Source: Chitinophagales bacterium (GTDB lineage Bacteria; Bacteroidota; Bacteroidia; Chitinophagales; LD1). From it: DNA of 64,000 nucleotides. The stretch spans positions 1,120 to 65,119 of the forward strand of contig DATGWP010000024.1 of NCBI GenBank assembly GCA_035299425.1, read 5' to 3'. Shown in pieces: positions 45,840-57,300 of this stretch (its first letter is position 1; every line of letters starts with the position of its first letter). A program made the translations under genes and the position numbers. Below the pieces are notes generated by a model that had not been told where the DNA came from, searched no databases, and worked only from the letters and a program-made list of their open reading frames with translations.

Positions 45840-47660
45840 TTATTGCCTCTTCTTTTCAGCAATCCAGCTATTTATTAACTCCTCTAAAGTGGTAAGCGAC
45901 ACGGCACCATTGGTAAGCACTACATCGTGAAACTGGCGGATGTCAAACTTATCGCCCAGTTCTTTTTTAGCATGTGCACGCAGGTCTAGTATTTTCATCA
46001 TGCCCACTTTGTAGCCTGTGGCCTGGCCGGGCCATAAAAAGTAGCGCTCAATCTCTTTTTCTATATCGCCTTTGGCATTGGCTGTGTTTTGCAAAAAGTA
46101 TTCGATAGCCTGCTCGCGGGTCCAATGCTTGGTATGTATACCGGCATCTACCACCAGGCGCGCTGCGCGGAAAATTTCCATGCTCAGGCGCCCGAAATCA
46201 GAATAAGGGTCTTCATACTTACCTGCTTCCTTACCCAGCTTTTCGGCATACAGGGCCCAGCCTTCTATATATGAGGTAAAGAACTCGTGCTTGCGAAACT
46301 CCGGCAGCCCCTTTAACTCCTGCGCAATAGCAATTTGCATGTGGTGGCCCGGTATAGCCTCGTGGTAGGTAAGGGCCTCCATCTGGTATTTGGGCTCATC
46401 GTCCATATTGTAGCAGTTTACATAATAGCGGGCAGGGCGCGAGCCATCTTCTGCAGCATCTTCGTAGAAAGCACCACCGGCGCTTTTGGCACGGAAGGCC
46501 TCTACCTCTTTAACCACCAACTCTGCTTTGGGCAAGGTGGCAAAAAGCTGTGGCAACAGCACCCGCATGGTATCTATATACTTATTGGCATCGGCCAGTA
46601 CTTCTTTTCTACCGGTAGCATCGTTGGTGTATTTAAAGCGCTTATCGGTGCGCACGTATTCGAAAAACTGCTGCAGAGAATCGCTGCCAAAGTTTACCTG
46701 CTTCATTATCACGCGCATTTCATCCTGTATGCGGGCTACCTCTTTAAGCCCGGTTTGGTAAACATCTTCGGCGCTCATGTCAGTAGTGGTATGAAAACGC
46801 AATTGGGCATTGTAATAGTCACCGCCATTGGGCATGCTCCATGCACCCTTCTCGCCATTGGCTTTTGCTTTGGGTTCAATGGTTAACCAATAATCGAGCA
46901 GGCGCTGGTAGCTGCTTTTTACAGTAGTGCGGATAGTTTCGGCGGCTTGCGCTTTTAGCATGCCTTTTACCGAGCCATCTGTTTTAAGGGCATCTACCTT
47001 AGAAGAGAAATCGCTGAGTAACACATTGTTTTCATCGCTCTTATCACAGTTGGCTATAAAGGTTTTCAAATCTTCGGTTACATATTTAAAGGTAAAGTAG
47101 GGTGGAACAACACCTATTTCTTCGCTCTTTTTTAGGTTAACCAGTGTTTGGTCGAATACCTTATCTATCTTTTTCAACCGGCTTAGGTAAGCCTCGGCAT
47201 CGGTAACCGAATCTACGCGGTGAACGTTTACCAGGAAAGCGGGCAGGTCGTTATGTATACCGCCCATTTGTGTAATTTCGAAACCATGGTGGCGCCATTT
47301 ATTGCCCTCTTCCCAACGCTTAATGTCTTCTTCAAACATGCGCACGCTGAGCTTTGTCTGGGCATCTAAAGCATCCAGGTTGAAGTTCTTTTTAATAGAA
47401 TCTATCACGGCTTTTGAAATGGCCAGTTCTTTATCGGCGTTCTCATCGCTGCGGTCGCTCCAGCTATCGTAATCGGTTTTAAGCCCCAGTGAAGAAGCCT
47501 GCTCGGGGTTGCGGGCAATGGCTTCGTCGTATTTAAGGTCGAAGAAATCGTTTACCTTTTTCGATTCGGCTGCTATTTCTTCGGCACTGTATGTTTTAGT
47601 CTGGTTTTTCATATTGCAGGATGCTAATAGAATAAGAAGATATATGGGAAAGTGTTTCAT
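45840..47660 (-). CDS. DUF885-family secreted protein (putative metallopeptidase-like)
   Basis: 606 aa. Lipoprotein-like signal (LLASC). Family motif THEAIPGHHMQ and EGWALYAE. Confidence 0.8.
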   Translation of the reverse strand: MKHFPIYLLILLASCNMKNQTKTYSAEEIAAESKKVNDFFDLKYDEAIARNPEQASSLGLKTDYDSWSDRSDENADKELAISKAVIDSIKKNFNLDALDAQTKLSVRMFEEDIKRWEEGNKWRHHGFEITQMGGIHNDLPAFLVNVHRVDSVTDAEAYLSRLKKIDKVFDQTLVNLKKSEEIGVVPPYFTFKYVTEDLKTFIANCDKSDENNVLLSDFSSKVDALKTDGSVKGMLKAQAAETIRTTVKSSYQRLLDYWLTIEPKAKANGEKGAWSMPNGGDYYNAQLRFHTTTDMSAEDVYQTGLKEVARIQDEMRVIMKQVNFGSDSLQQFFEYVRTDKRFKYTNDATGRKEVLADANKYIDTMRVLLPQLFATLPKAELVVKEVEAFRAKSAGGAFYEDAAEDGSRPARYYVNCYNMDDEPKYQMEALTYHEAIPGHHMQIAIAQELKGLPEFRKHEFFTSYIEGWALYAEKLGKEAGKYEDPYSDFGRLSMEIFRAARLVVDAGIHTKHWTREQAIEYFLQNTANAKGDIEKEIERYFLWPGQATGYKVGMMKILDLRAHAKKELGDKFDIRQFHDVVLTNGAVSLTTLEELINSWIAEKKRQ

Positions 47661-47693
47661 GTGTGTTAATGTGTTGTTGCTTTAATATCAAGG

Positions 47694-48206
47694 TTATACC
47701 GATGCTACGCCTTTAATTTTGCAAAGCCAGCTAAGGTGGCCGGCGTGCATACCCTCGTGGCGAATGCAGTGCTGAACCATCATGCGGTTGGTTTTAACGC
47801 CGCCGAAACCAAAACCAAAGGCATTCTCCTCTCCCATCTTTTCATCGGTAAGGCTAAGCAGGTGTGCGTGTGCATTTTCGTGACCCTGCTTTAGTAAATC
47901 GAGCAGGTATTTCATATCCGGCTTATCTTCGTGCAGGTTACCGGCAGAGCCTAATTTATAGTTATCCAGCCAGGGCAAATCGAAGCCCTTGCCACCGGTA
48001 GCTTTTACAATTAAAAAATCTTCGGCCCACACCAGGTGCGCTGCCAGCCATGCTGCCGAGTTAAGTTTTTGCCCGTTGGTTTCCCATTGCATATAGGGGT
48101 CGGCGTTTTTCAATAGACTGAAATACCACCTGGTAAGGTCGCGCACTTTTTGAAAAGTATCGGCCAGTAAAATTGCTTCGTTATTCATGGGCGTGTGTTT
48201 TGGCAA
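47694..48206 (-). CDS. DinB-family protein
   Basis: 170 aa. Four-helix-bundle His pattern (AAHLVWAEDF..., HCIRHEGMHAGHL). Confidence 0.6.
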   Translation of the reverse strand: MPKHTPMNNEAILLADTFQKVRDLTRWYFSLLKNADPYMQWETNGQKLNSAAWLAAHLVWAEDFLIVKATGGKGFDLPWLDNYKLGSAGNLHEDKPDMKYLLDLLKQGHENAHAHLLSLTDEKMGEENAFGFGFGGVKTNRMMVQHCIRHEGMHAGHLSWLCKIKGVASV

Positions 48207-48446
48207 AACGAAGATGGAAATTTATAGCAGAACAAAAATGCGGGGCGGTTAATGGGGTGTTAATGAAAATACATGCAGCCAGGAATGCGCGAATAATGAT
48301 TAAAGGCCCAACTACTACCAGCGGTTAAAACCACCGGCAATTTGATAAGCGGAATATTTGTTAAACACGGGCTAAAGCCCGCAAGACAAACTACATTGCA
48401 CATTAGCTATTTTATACTCTACTTAGCACCCTAAAACCATAACACT

Positions 48447-48845
48447 ATGTACGGAGAATTTTTAGATACTATAAATAACTGGCAGCCGGAAATTGAACTG
48501 ACAGTTAAAGCCAGGTTTATACAGCGCGGTACCAATACCCCTGTAACCGGAGAGGAATACACGGCACGCTTATACGATAAAGATTTGTTCAGCGATGATG
48601 ATTACCTGGGCCATGCGCAGCTGGATGCCAATGGTGAAGCGCATATACATTTTTTCCCTACCGACTTAACCAATCATGATTTGGGATTTGAAAGATTGCC
48701 TGATTTATACATCCTTCTTTTTAAAGACAACCTGGTTCACTTTCAAACCAAGGCATGGGATAATGTGGATTTTGAAAAACTTGCCAGGCTGGATAAAAGC
48801 GAAGGTCAGGTACTGGACTTTGGCACTTTCTTGATTGACAAATAG
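48447..48845 (+). CDS. Hypothetical protein (132 aa)
   Basis: Clean ORF with typical codon usage. I recognise no motif. Confidence 0.5.
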   Translation: MYGEFLDTINNWQPEIELTVKARFIQRGTNTPVTGEEYTARLYDKDLFSDDDYLGHAQLDANGEAHIHFFPTDLTNHDLGFERLPDLYILLFKDNLVHFQTKAWDNVDFEKLARLDKSEGQVLDFGTFLIDK

Positions 48846-48860
48846 CAACCGTGTACGTGT

Positions 48861-49337
48861 ATGAATATGCCACAGCTTATTGCCAGGCAGCTGCATGAGG
48901 TTTACTTTGGCGGCAACTGGACAACTACCAACCTGCGCGATAGTGTACAGGATGTAACCTGGCAGCAAGCCATGGCACAGGTAAATGGCTTAAATACTAT
49001 TGCCACACTGGTTTACCATAGTACATACTTTGTAACCGCGTTGCTGGATGTGTTAAGCGATAAGCCGCTAACCGCCAGCGATAGGGAAAGTTTTATCCAT
49101 CCGCCGATTGCGTGTGAAGAAGACTGGCAAAGCATATTAACTACCGCGTGGCTGCAAGCAGACAAAGTGGTAGAATTGCTAAAGCAATTGCCCGAAGAAA
49201 AGCTGGCTGAAAATTTTAGCGGCGATAAATACGGCACTTACTACCGCAACATTGCCGGTATTACCGAGCACCTGCATTATCACCTGGGGCAAATTGTGCT
49301 AATAAAAAAACTGCTTAGAGAGCAGGGTAAACTTTGA
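48861..49337 (+). CDS. DinB-family / DUF1572-like protein
   Basis: 158 aa. LVYHSTYF... and TEHLHYHLGQIVLIKKLL histidine pattern. Confidence 0.6.
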   Translation: MNMPQLIARQLHEVYFGGNWTTTNLRDSVQDVTWQQAMAQVNGLNTIATLVYHSTYFVTALLDVLSDKPLTASDRESFIHPPIACEEDWQSILTTAWLQADKVVELLKQLPEEKLAENFSGDKYGTYYRNIAGITEHLHYHLGQIVLIKKLLREQGKL

Positions 49338-49343
49338 CGGAAA

Positions 49344-49559
49344 TTATGCCTCGTCTTTTGTGGTTTTTACCAGGCCTATGCCGGATATAAAAAACACGAG
49401 GCCCAATATACCATATACAAGTAGTGAGCGTATATCGCGCATGTTGCCACCGGTGCTGGTAAAAACTACAGCGGCGTAAATAAGCCCTGCAATACCAAGC
49501 AAGGTTAGTATAGCACCAAATATTCGTTTAATGTTCATAAATGTTAATTTAACATTCAC
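49344..49559 (-). CDS. Small membrane protein (2 predicted TM helices)
   Basis: 71 aa. Two hydrophobic stretches (IFGAILTLLGIAGLIYAAVVF; LLVYGILGLVFFISGIGLV). Confidence 0.5.
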   Translation of the reverse strand: MNVKLTFMNIKRIFGAILTLLGIAGLIYAAVVFTSTGGNMRDIRSLLVYGILGLVFFISGIGLVKTTKDEA

Positions 49560-49617
49560 TTGGCAATATACGTGCCGAAGGCCTGATTGCCGGAAATGGG
49601 GAAATGCTTATAGACAG

Positions 49618-51168
49618 CTATGCAGTAGCAGCTTCGGGCATATTGGCCAGGCGGTTGGCTCTTAGCTCTTCGGCATAGGTACTTTTGTTAAGGCAGGCCC
49701 GGCACCAGATAAGCAGGTTAAAATCCAGCAGGTAGTTAAAGTCTTCCTGCCTGCGCTCCTGGTTTACCTTTTCAAGCCATGGCAGCATGTCGGCCAGTAG
49801 CTCTTGTTTTTCGGCTTTGGGCAAACCATGCTGTAGTTTGCCCAGGTAAGAAATTACCTGTTTCAGATAATCGGAAACAATATTGTTCTTCTTCATAAAA
49901 TACTGGGTGTTGTTCAGCGCACTTTCCATAAGCGAAAGATTGTTTTGCTCATAATGCACCAGGGCCACCAGCAACCGGGCATAAGCCGGCACGGCCATAA
50001 AGGATACGTTTTCGTGTGCAATGGTTTTTTCTAACCAGTGCAGGCATTTATCGCGGTCGCCGACCACGTAAAACAATATGCTGAGGTAAAAGCAGCTCAT
50101 CATATTATTGTTGCCAATTAGTGGACTGTTGCAAACAAGCAAATTGCTTTCGGCATCCAGCACTTCGGCATACTCCATTTTGCGCAGCTGGCTTATTACG
50201 GTAAGGTACATCAGCTGGTTTTTGCTGTATAGCTTTTGGCGGTAAATTTCCAGTGCGGGGTCTTTAAAACGGGTATTTTGCAATACCTGCAGCTGATGTT
50301 CGGCTTCGTCCATCAGTTCCATATTAAGGGCTATAAGAATGATGTTGCTGATGTTGGCGAGATACTGGGAAGTAACTTTTGTATCCAGCTCTATCTCCTT
50401 AAACATCTCGTTGGTTAACTTAAGATACTTCAGCGCATCGTTATCATCGCTGATGATGCAGGAGTACAGGTAAAGGGCTGTGTAAATCTTGCCCTTGCTA
50501 TGGTACCCCCAGTTAAGGCCTTCGGTGAAATAAGGATGGTTTTTAACGGCATCTGCTTTGGCCTTTATTTCGGGGGTTAATGTGCCTACACCAATTACTT
50601 CATCAAAAATTACCTTCATTTCGTAGGTCATCTCCTCCAGCACCAATCCCTTTTGTATCTGCTCGTTCACCTCTTTTACTTCCACCTTAATAGCCTTGAT
50701 AGCTTCTACCGGGTACTTTGCTATGTGCCTTATCATCAGGCTCATTTTGGTGGCCTTAAACTGGTACTCCATAGAAATATTGTAGCACTGCTGCGCCTTG
50801 CGGATGCTATCGTTAATCAAATCCATAGCCTGATCATCCAGCCCCTTATCCATCAGGTTCTGTACGTCCAGCAGGTTTTCGGTCAGCTTATAGTTGGTAT
50901 TGTTGGCCGTGTGGTAGCTACGCAGGCACCGCATAAGCTGGGCATACAGGTAATTTTTCTGCGCGCTCAGGTTGAATTTCTTATCCCCTTTGGCAAAGTA
51001 CTTCTTAATAGGTTCCTCATTGTACTCATCTGCTTTATCCAGCAGGTCGAACAATTTGAGATAGTCGTTGCCGGTTGATTTTTCGCCATAGCGGGCAGCA
51101 AATTTTTTGAAATATCCCTTTTCGTTCTTATCCAGCGACTTTACAAGTAAAAAAAGATTGTCAATCAT
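49618..51168 (-). CDS. Hypothetical cytoplasmic all-helical (TPR-like) protein, divergent from the giant-protein operon
   Basis: 516 aa. No signal peptide. Helix-repeat-like composition. No motif recognised. Confidence 0.55.
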   Translation of the reverse strand: MIDNLFLLVKSLDKNEKGYFKKFAARYGEKSTGNDYLKLFDLLDKADEYNEEPIKKYFAKGDKKFNLSAQKNYLYAQLMRCLRSYHTANNTNYKLTENLLDVQNLMDKGLDDQAMDLINDSIRKAQQCYNISMEYQFKATKMSLMIRHIAKYPVEAIKAIKVEVKEVNEQIQKGLVLEEMTYEMKVIFDEVIGVGTLTPEIKAKADAVKNHPYFTEGLNWGYHSKGKIYTALYLYSCIISDDNDALKYLKLTNEMFKEIELDTKVTSQYLANISNIILIALNMELMDEAEHQLQVLQNTRFKDPALEIYRQKLYSKNQLMYLTVISQLRKMEYAEVLDAESNLLVCNSPLIGNNNMMSCFYLSILFYVVGDRDKCLHWLEKTIAHENVSFMAVPAYARLLVALVHYEQNNLSLMESALNNTQYFMKKNNIVSDYLKQVISYLGKLQHGLPKAEKQELLADMLPWLEKVNQERRQEDFNYLLDFNLLIWCRACLNKSTYAEELRANRLANMPEAATA

Positions 51169-51330
51169 GGTTCGAGATTTATCACTTAAATGCTATAACC
51201 TATTGAATTTCAACACAAAACAAATATCGTCAATAACATTTTGTGCTCTTCAACTCCCTATTTAAAGGTAAATATTATTTTAAAATAATTAACACGTTAT
51301 CACATATTTGATAGCGAAAAATTATCAACC

Positions 51331-54300
51331 ATGAGAAAATTATTCCCCATACTATTTCTTTTGGCAGTGTGCTGCCTGCCGGTTTCACTGTTTGGCCAGA
51401 ATGAAGTAACGGTTACAGCGCAGGTTACGCCACCCTACTCACCTTATCTGTCTACGTATGTTGACCAACCCAACAAGGTGATAGTAACCCTGATAAATAC
51501 TACCAACCAAACGCAAAACCTGCGCCTGTGGATACGCATATCAGGCGACAACGGCATAAGTGTTACTACACAACAAAGCTGGAAACCAACTGAGGCTATT
51601 ACCCTTAGCCCCACCGGTTCGCAGGGATTTATAAAAACACTGGATTTTACCAGCGAACAAACCCGCAGCTATTTTGATGAAGGCCATACCGACCTGGTAG
51701 GAATAACCAAAGCGCAGCTGATACAAAACCAGGCACTACCCGAAGGTAACTATACCATATGTGTACGCGCCTACGATTACAATACATCGCAGCCCCGCTC
51801 GATGGATGCCTGCAGCAGTTTTCCTATTTACTATATAGACCCACCGGTAGCTATGCAGCCCAACTGCGCTACTACCTTAACGGCCAGCACGCCGCAGTTT
51901 GTTCTATTCTCGTGGACTCCACCTGCCACAGCGCCCGGTAATATACAGTATGAGTTTACCCTGAAAGAAGTGCCTAACAACATGAACCCGAACGACATTA
52001 TTAAGAACAATGTTTTTCCGGTAGTGTTTAATACCACGCAAACCGGTAACAATACGCTTGTATACAATGTAGCCCAACCGGCGCTTAACACCGGCAAAAA
52101 ATATGTATGGCGGGTAAAGGCTGTAGACCCTAACAACAGCGTGCAGTTTAAAAACGGCGGCTACAGCGAGCCATGCTACTTCAATTACGAAGCGGCACAA
52201 ACCGCCCCACGCACCGACACGGTGCCCCGACCTGAAACACCGGTGGCGGGTACTATTATTTTAAAAATACCAGCCAACAACTCTACTACCGATGCGGTGC
52301 TTTCGTCTAACACATCATCTGTAGCCGACCATTATAAATTTGAATGGAAACCGGCACCGGTGACCACTAATACGGGTGCTCCATTAACCTACACGTTGCG
52401 CATAGCGCATGTATCTGCCGGGCAATCGCCTGCGCAGGCACTTGGTATAGACTCTCAGGTAGTAACCAAAGCCGTACTTGGTACTGCGTATAACTACACC
52501 AAGCTATCTGACTTTGTGCCCGGCGAAACCTATGCCTGGGAAGTAAAATATGTGCAAAATGGTGTGGTGAAACACTATAGCGATAAGTGGACTTTTAAAG
52601 TAAAGAAGAATTATGGCAAGTATAAGGTGAGCGGCAAAATAGAATATTGCTACACCCTGCCTGCAGTAAGTAGCTGGAGTAGTTCCTCATCAAGTATTAT
52701 AAGTGGAAGCATAGGCATACCCAATACGGCAGGTGGCCAGGTGGGTACTAGTGTAAACGGTGGGGCCTTAGCTATAAACAACAAGGGCACCCTGCCCTAC
52801 AAGAATAGTATAGTAGCTTTTTATAAAGCTATATTGGTAAAAGAAGGGAATAACCCGGTAGTGGCCATGGATGGCACCGATTTAATAAAAGCCAGCCAGG
52901 CAAGCGGCGGAAGCCCGTATTTTCAGGATGCCGGCGAACTGGTAGGCATAGCTTTTACCGATGAAAACGGCCGCTTTGATTTTAGCACCGATGAAGTGCT
53001 GGGCAAAGTATATGAGGCCACCGCACAGGGTAAAACATATAATTACCATAAAGCTTTAAAAGTTACACTGGGCCCCCAGAGCAACCTGTATATAAACAAC
53101 CCCGATGAATATGTAATACTGGAGGGTGGCACATCGGTAGAAAAGAATTTTTATGCGCGGGTAAAATCTTTTAAGCTAAAGGTTAAGTTTAAAGAGCTGC
53201 CTAAGAAAGATTATTACAACAAAACACAACCGGTAGACCCTTTATCGAAAAACATAACGCTGTATGTGCTGCGCGAAAAACGTTACCCCACTTATAACTT
53301 TCCGGTAAATGAAGGAACCAGTGATTTTGCAAATAACGAGGAACTGAACCTGTGTTTCTGGCCGGGGTGGTGTACCAAGTATGCCGTAGTAGCCAAAAAG
53401 AAAACCAAAACAAACATAACTACCACCTTTGAAGACCTGGTAGTAAATGACCCTAATAACCCGGCTAATGATAAACTGTATTTGTATGCTACAATAGATG
53501 GCAGAAGCGAAATGGTAATGTTGCCGCAGGAGTTTCGCAGCACCGATGGAACATCTAATACCTGCACACTCAACTTTAATGATTTTACTTTTCAGGCCAG
53601 CAGCGATTACGAAAAACAATACAACAGCGGTTGCCTTACCCGCAGCACTACTATAATTCCTAAAATGCTAATCAGCTCGCAGCTATCGGGCCGGTTAGTA
53701 TCGCACTGGGCCATGCAGAAAAACCCAAACGATAAACAGAACGATAAAGCGGATAAGCCAATTGCCAATACCAAGGTAAAACTGATGGCCTATGTAACCA
53801 AAAAGCAGGCTGATGGTACCGAAAAAATGGTATCCTCATTTAAGCCCGAACTGATGGATGTAACCACTACCGATGAGAACGGCAACTTTAAATTTGATGT
53901 AAATATTTTCTCTGATTCATCTAACAAAAGTACACTGCTGGGTTCGTTCGGTTTTTGGGGTGGCGAGTACTACCGCGTGCTGCGTGTAGTGGTAGATAAC
54001 CCCTACTACTTTAGCCCCGATAACAGTTTTGTAATAGATGGCGGCTACGAATACGAAGTAGGCACACTTAGCTGCAATGTGCGCGAGGCCCGCTTATCGG
54101 GCGTGCTGCGCGATGATGCCGCTACGCCAAAACCTATTGCCAACCAGCGTGTATACCTATGCCGCTGGGATGGATGGATAGATGACTATGTACCTGGCGA
54201 CGAAGGACAAGCCAGCACAGTTACCGTACCCAAAATTTATGACAAAGACAATTACGAGTATCGCGTAATAGCTGAAACTACCACCGACGCCAATGGCAAG

Positions 54301-57300
54301 TTTAGCTTTAACCGCCTGGTAGGTGCAGGCAACTCGCTTACTACCGGTTATACCGACTGGCCTTACTTTGTGCATGTGCAGCCCGATGAGCTATCTACCA
54401 ATAATTACATAACAGAGTATCCGAAGGATTACACGTTCAACGTAGGTATGGATGCTACCGGGTTTAAGCAGTTTAACTCCGAACAGTTTCCGGTGGCGCT
54501 AACCATGGCCGGCGATGTAACTGCTACAGCACTTAAGCCTACTATACGCGGGGTAGTGCATCCAAAATCAAACATGGGCTTTACTACGCTGGAAGGTGCC
54601 AAGGTTTACCTGCTACGATATACCGATGCAGAAGTGGACTGGACAAATACTATAATACCCGGACTAATGGATTGCTGCTTTGATGGCAACCAAAGCGATG
54701 CCTATGCTTACCTGGGGTTGGGTTATATACAAAGCAGCGCCAAATATAAATTGCACGCCACCCAAATTACGGGGCCCGATGGCAGGTTTGTGTTTAATGA
54801 CCTACCTACAAAAAGTATCTGGGGCTCTAACTTCCACTACGTGGTATGGGTAGAGAAAAATGGTTTCTTAACTGAGGTGGTAAAAGTAGCGGGAGGTGCA
54901 CCTTTACTAAAAGGCCAGCAGTTTCCGGTTTATATAGATCTGCGTTTACCGGTAGAAGTAAAGGTGAAAGTAAAAAGCTACGACAGCGACTTTGGCGTGC
55001 CATCTAAAATTATAGTGGGCAATGCCTATAGCTGGAGCCAGACACACGGTATAAATTGCCAGCTTAAAAACTACATGTACATATGCGATGAAGAAGCAAC
55101 GATACTATGCCCTACAGGTAAAGTAAAGTTGTATGTATACCCCGAAAACCAGGATGCCTACCTGCCCGATTCATTTGAAGTAACTATAAAGCAAAGCAGC
55201 AACAACCTGGCACCGCTGGAGGTGCGCGAACGCATGCACGACATAGGTTTTATGATGTATGATAAAAACACGAATGCATTATTATCAAAACAGGGTGCCA
55301 TACTAACTGAGGCTAACGTGAACGCTTTTAAAGGTGTATGCGTAACACAGGACCCGCAAAAACCAATTTTAAAAACAAACCATGCCCCCAACTGCCAGTT
55401 TAAAAGCAACGCTACCGATTTTAAATTTATTGCCTTTGGTTTTGATGCCACCGGTGTGCCTTATGTGCCTAAGCTGGTGAATGTGCACAGCAACCCGCAA
55501 TACTACGAGGGCTGGTGCGATGTGAGTGTGCAGCTTGAGCGCGGGGGCACCTTTACCGGCACTGTTAAACTTGGTACTACACCAGTGGCCGGGGCCCGGG
55601 TGTATGTAGACCCTCAGTTTACCGGTGGTGTACCTATTGAAACCACTACCGATGCCAGTGGCAGCTACATGCTAAGCGGTGTGCCATTGAAAAAAGATGT
55701 GGTGATATATGCTGTAAAGCAAAATTACATAGGCGATAAAATTATCCTTTCATACACCAGCAGTTCGGGACAAAAGTATAAGCTATCGCCTGTAATGAAC
55801 ACCTACACCAAAAACTTTACTATTAAAGAGTGTAACCTGGATATTGCCACCATACTTGGTTTTAAAGTAGAGGCCACCGATATGGTGCTGCCACTAAATG
55901 GCAACATTAAACTTTCGGGGCGCTTTGTTAACCTGCCCGGCAACGAAGTGGTAAGTGGCACCGATAATTCTAACCTGACTTTTTCGAATATAGAGTTAAA
56001 GGCAGGCAGTACTAATGGGGCCAGTGGCAAACCAAAGGCGGTACCGGTTAGCTTACCTATATATACTAACAACATTGGCTTTCCGGTAAAGGTATACAGC
56101 ACCCTTAGCGGTAATGTAATTGCATCGGGCTGGAGCGGTGTAGAAATAGCTGAGAAAACAGACATTATACCATCGGGCAACATGACCCAGGCACCTACTA
56201 CCGTAACCATGGGGGTAATTAAAGGCAGCCTGCTGGTAAATGCTACCTCTTTTGCCGATGGAATAAAATTCAACAAATCATACATTGGTGCAAGGCCTAA
56301 GGGTGCAACCACATCGGTGTTTGATGCACTTAACTCCAATGGAGCTAAACCAGTGGGCACTATGGGCGGCTTTACGGTAGAAGATGTAAGCGGCAGTAAC
56401 CTCAGGTTTAATTTATTTAACCGCTACCCTAATGCTGAAGCCGACAAAGCAACATCTACCCTGACCAGCGGCGATGTGCTTACACTGGATACCAAGCTGC
56501 ATACCAACCTTAACAATGTAACGCCGAAAGATGTAGCCTTAGCGGTGGGCAAAGTTGTGTTTAAACCCAAAAGCTATACTGTGGATATTAACAGCACAAA
56601 GGCTATCAGCATACCGCTTGGTAACTGGAGTGTAAGCAGCAGCGACTGGATACTATCTAAAGCAGGTGGGCTTGTAATGAAAACCGGTAAGCTGAATACA
56701 GCGGTATCGGTACCGTTTAAAAACATGAGCCTGACTTATACCGACCTGATGTACGGCGAGTTTGAATTTAACGGCATGACACTGGGTGGCATAGTGCCAC
56801 TTACTATCAAGTCAGATGCTACCCGTACCTTTGGTTTTGATAAAGGTACCATGGGAGGTACCTGGACATTTATAATATTACCGGGACAAAACAGCAGTTA
56901 CTGTTCATCGTTTGGCAACCTGCCCGGCATGACCGGTAGTAACCAGTTCTATATACAAAGCATACGGTCGTTTAGCAAAACAGAACAGGCCAAGGTAGAA
57001 CTAAAGAACGGAGCACCACCAATAGGAATATACGGCGTATCTACCTTTGCACCGGGAAGTATGGATGTGGGCGCTGATAACATTGCTATGATTGGCTCTA
57101 TTGATTTTGGCATACCGGCACTGGCTTACAACAGTAATATGAAACTGATGTGGAAGAAAACATCATCGGGCACACAGCTGCAAATGCCGGAGGCCCCAAC
57201 CTTTAGTTTAAAATCGAAAGGCATACAGTTTAACCATGCCTCAAGCGATGCATATACATTCAGCAATAACCTGTTTGTATTAAAGGGGGTGATGAAGGAT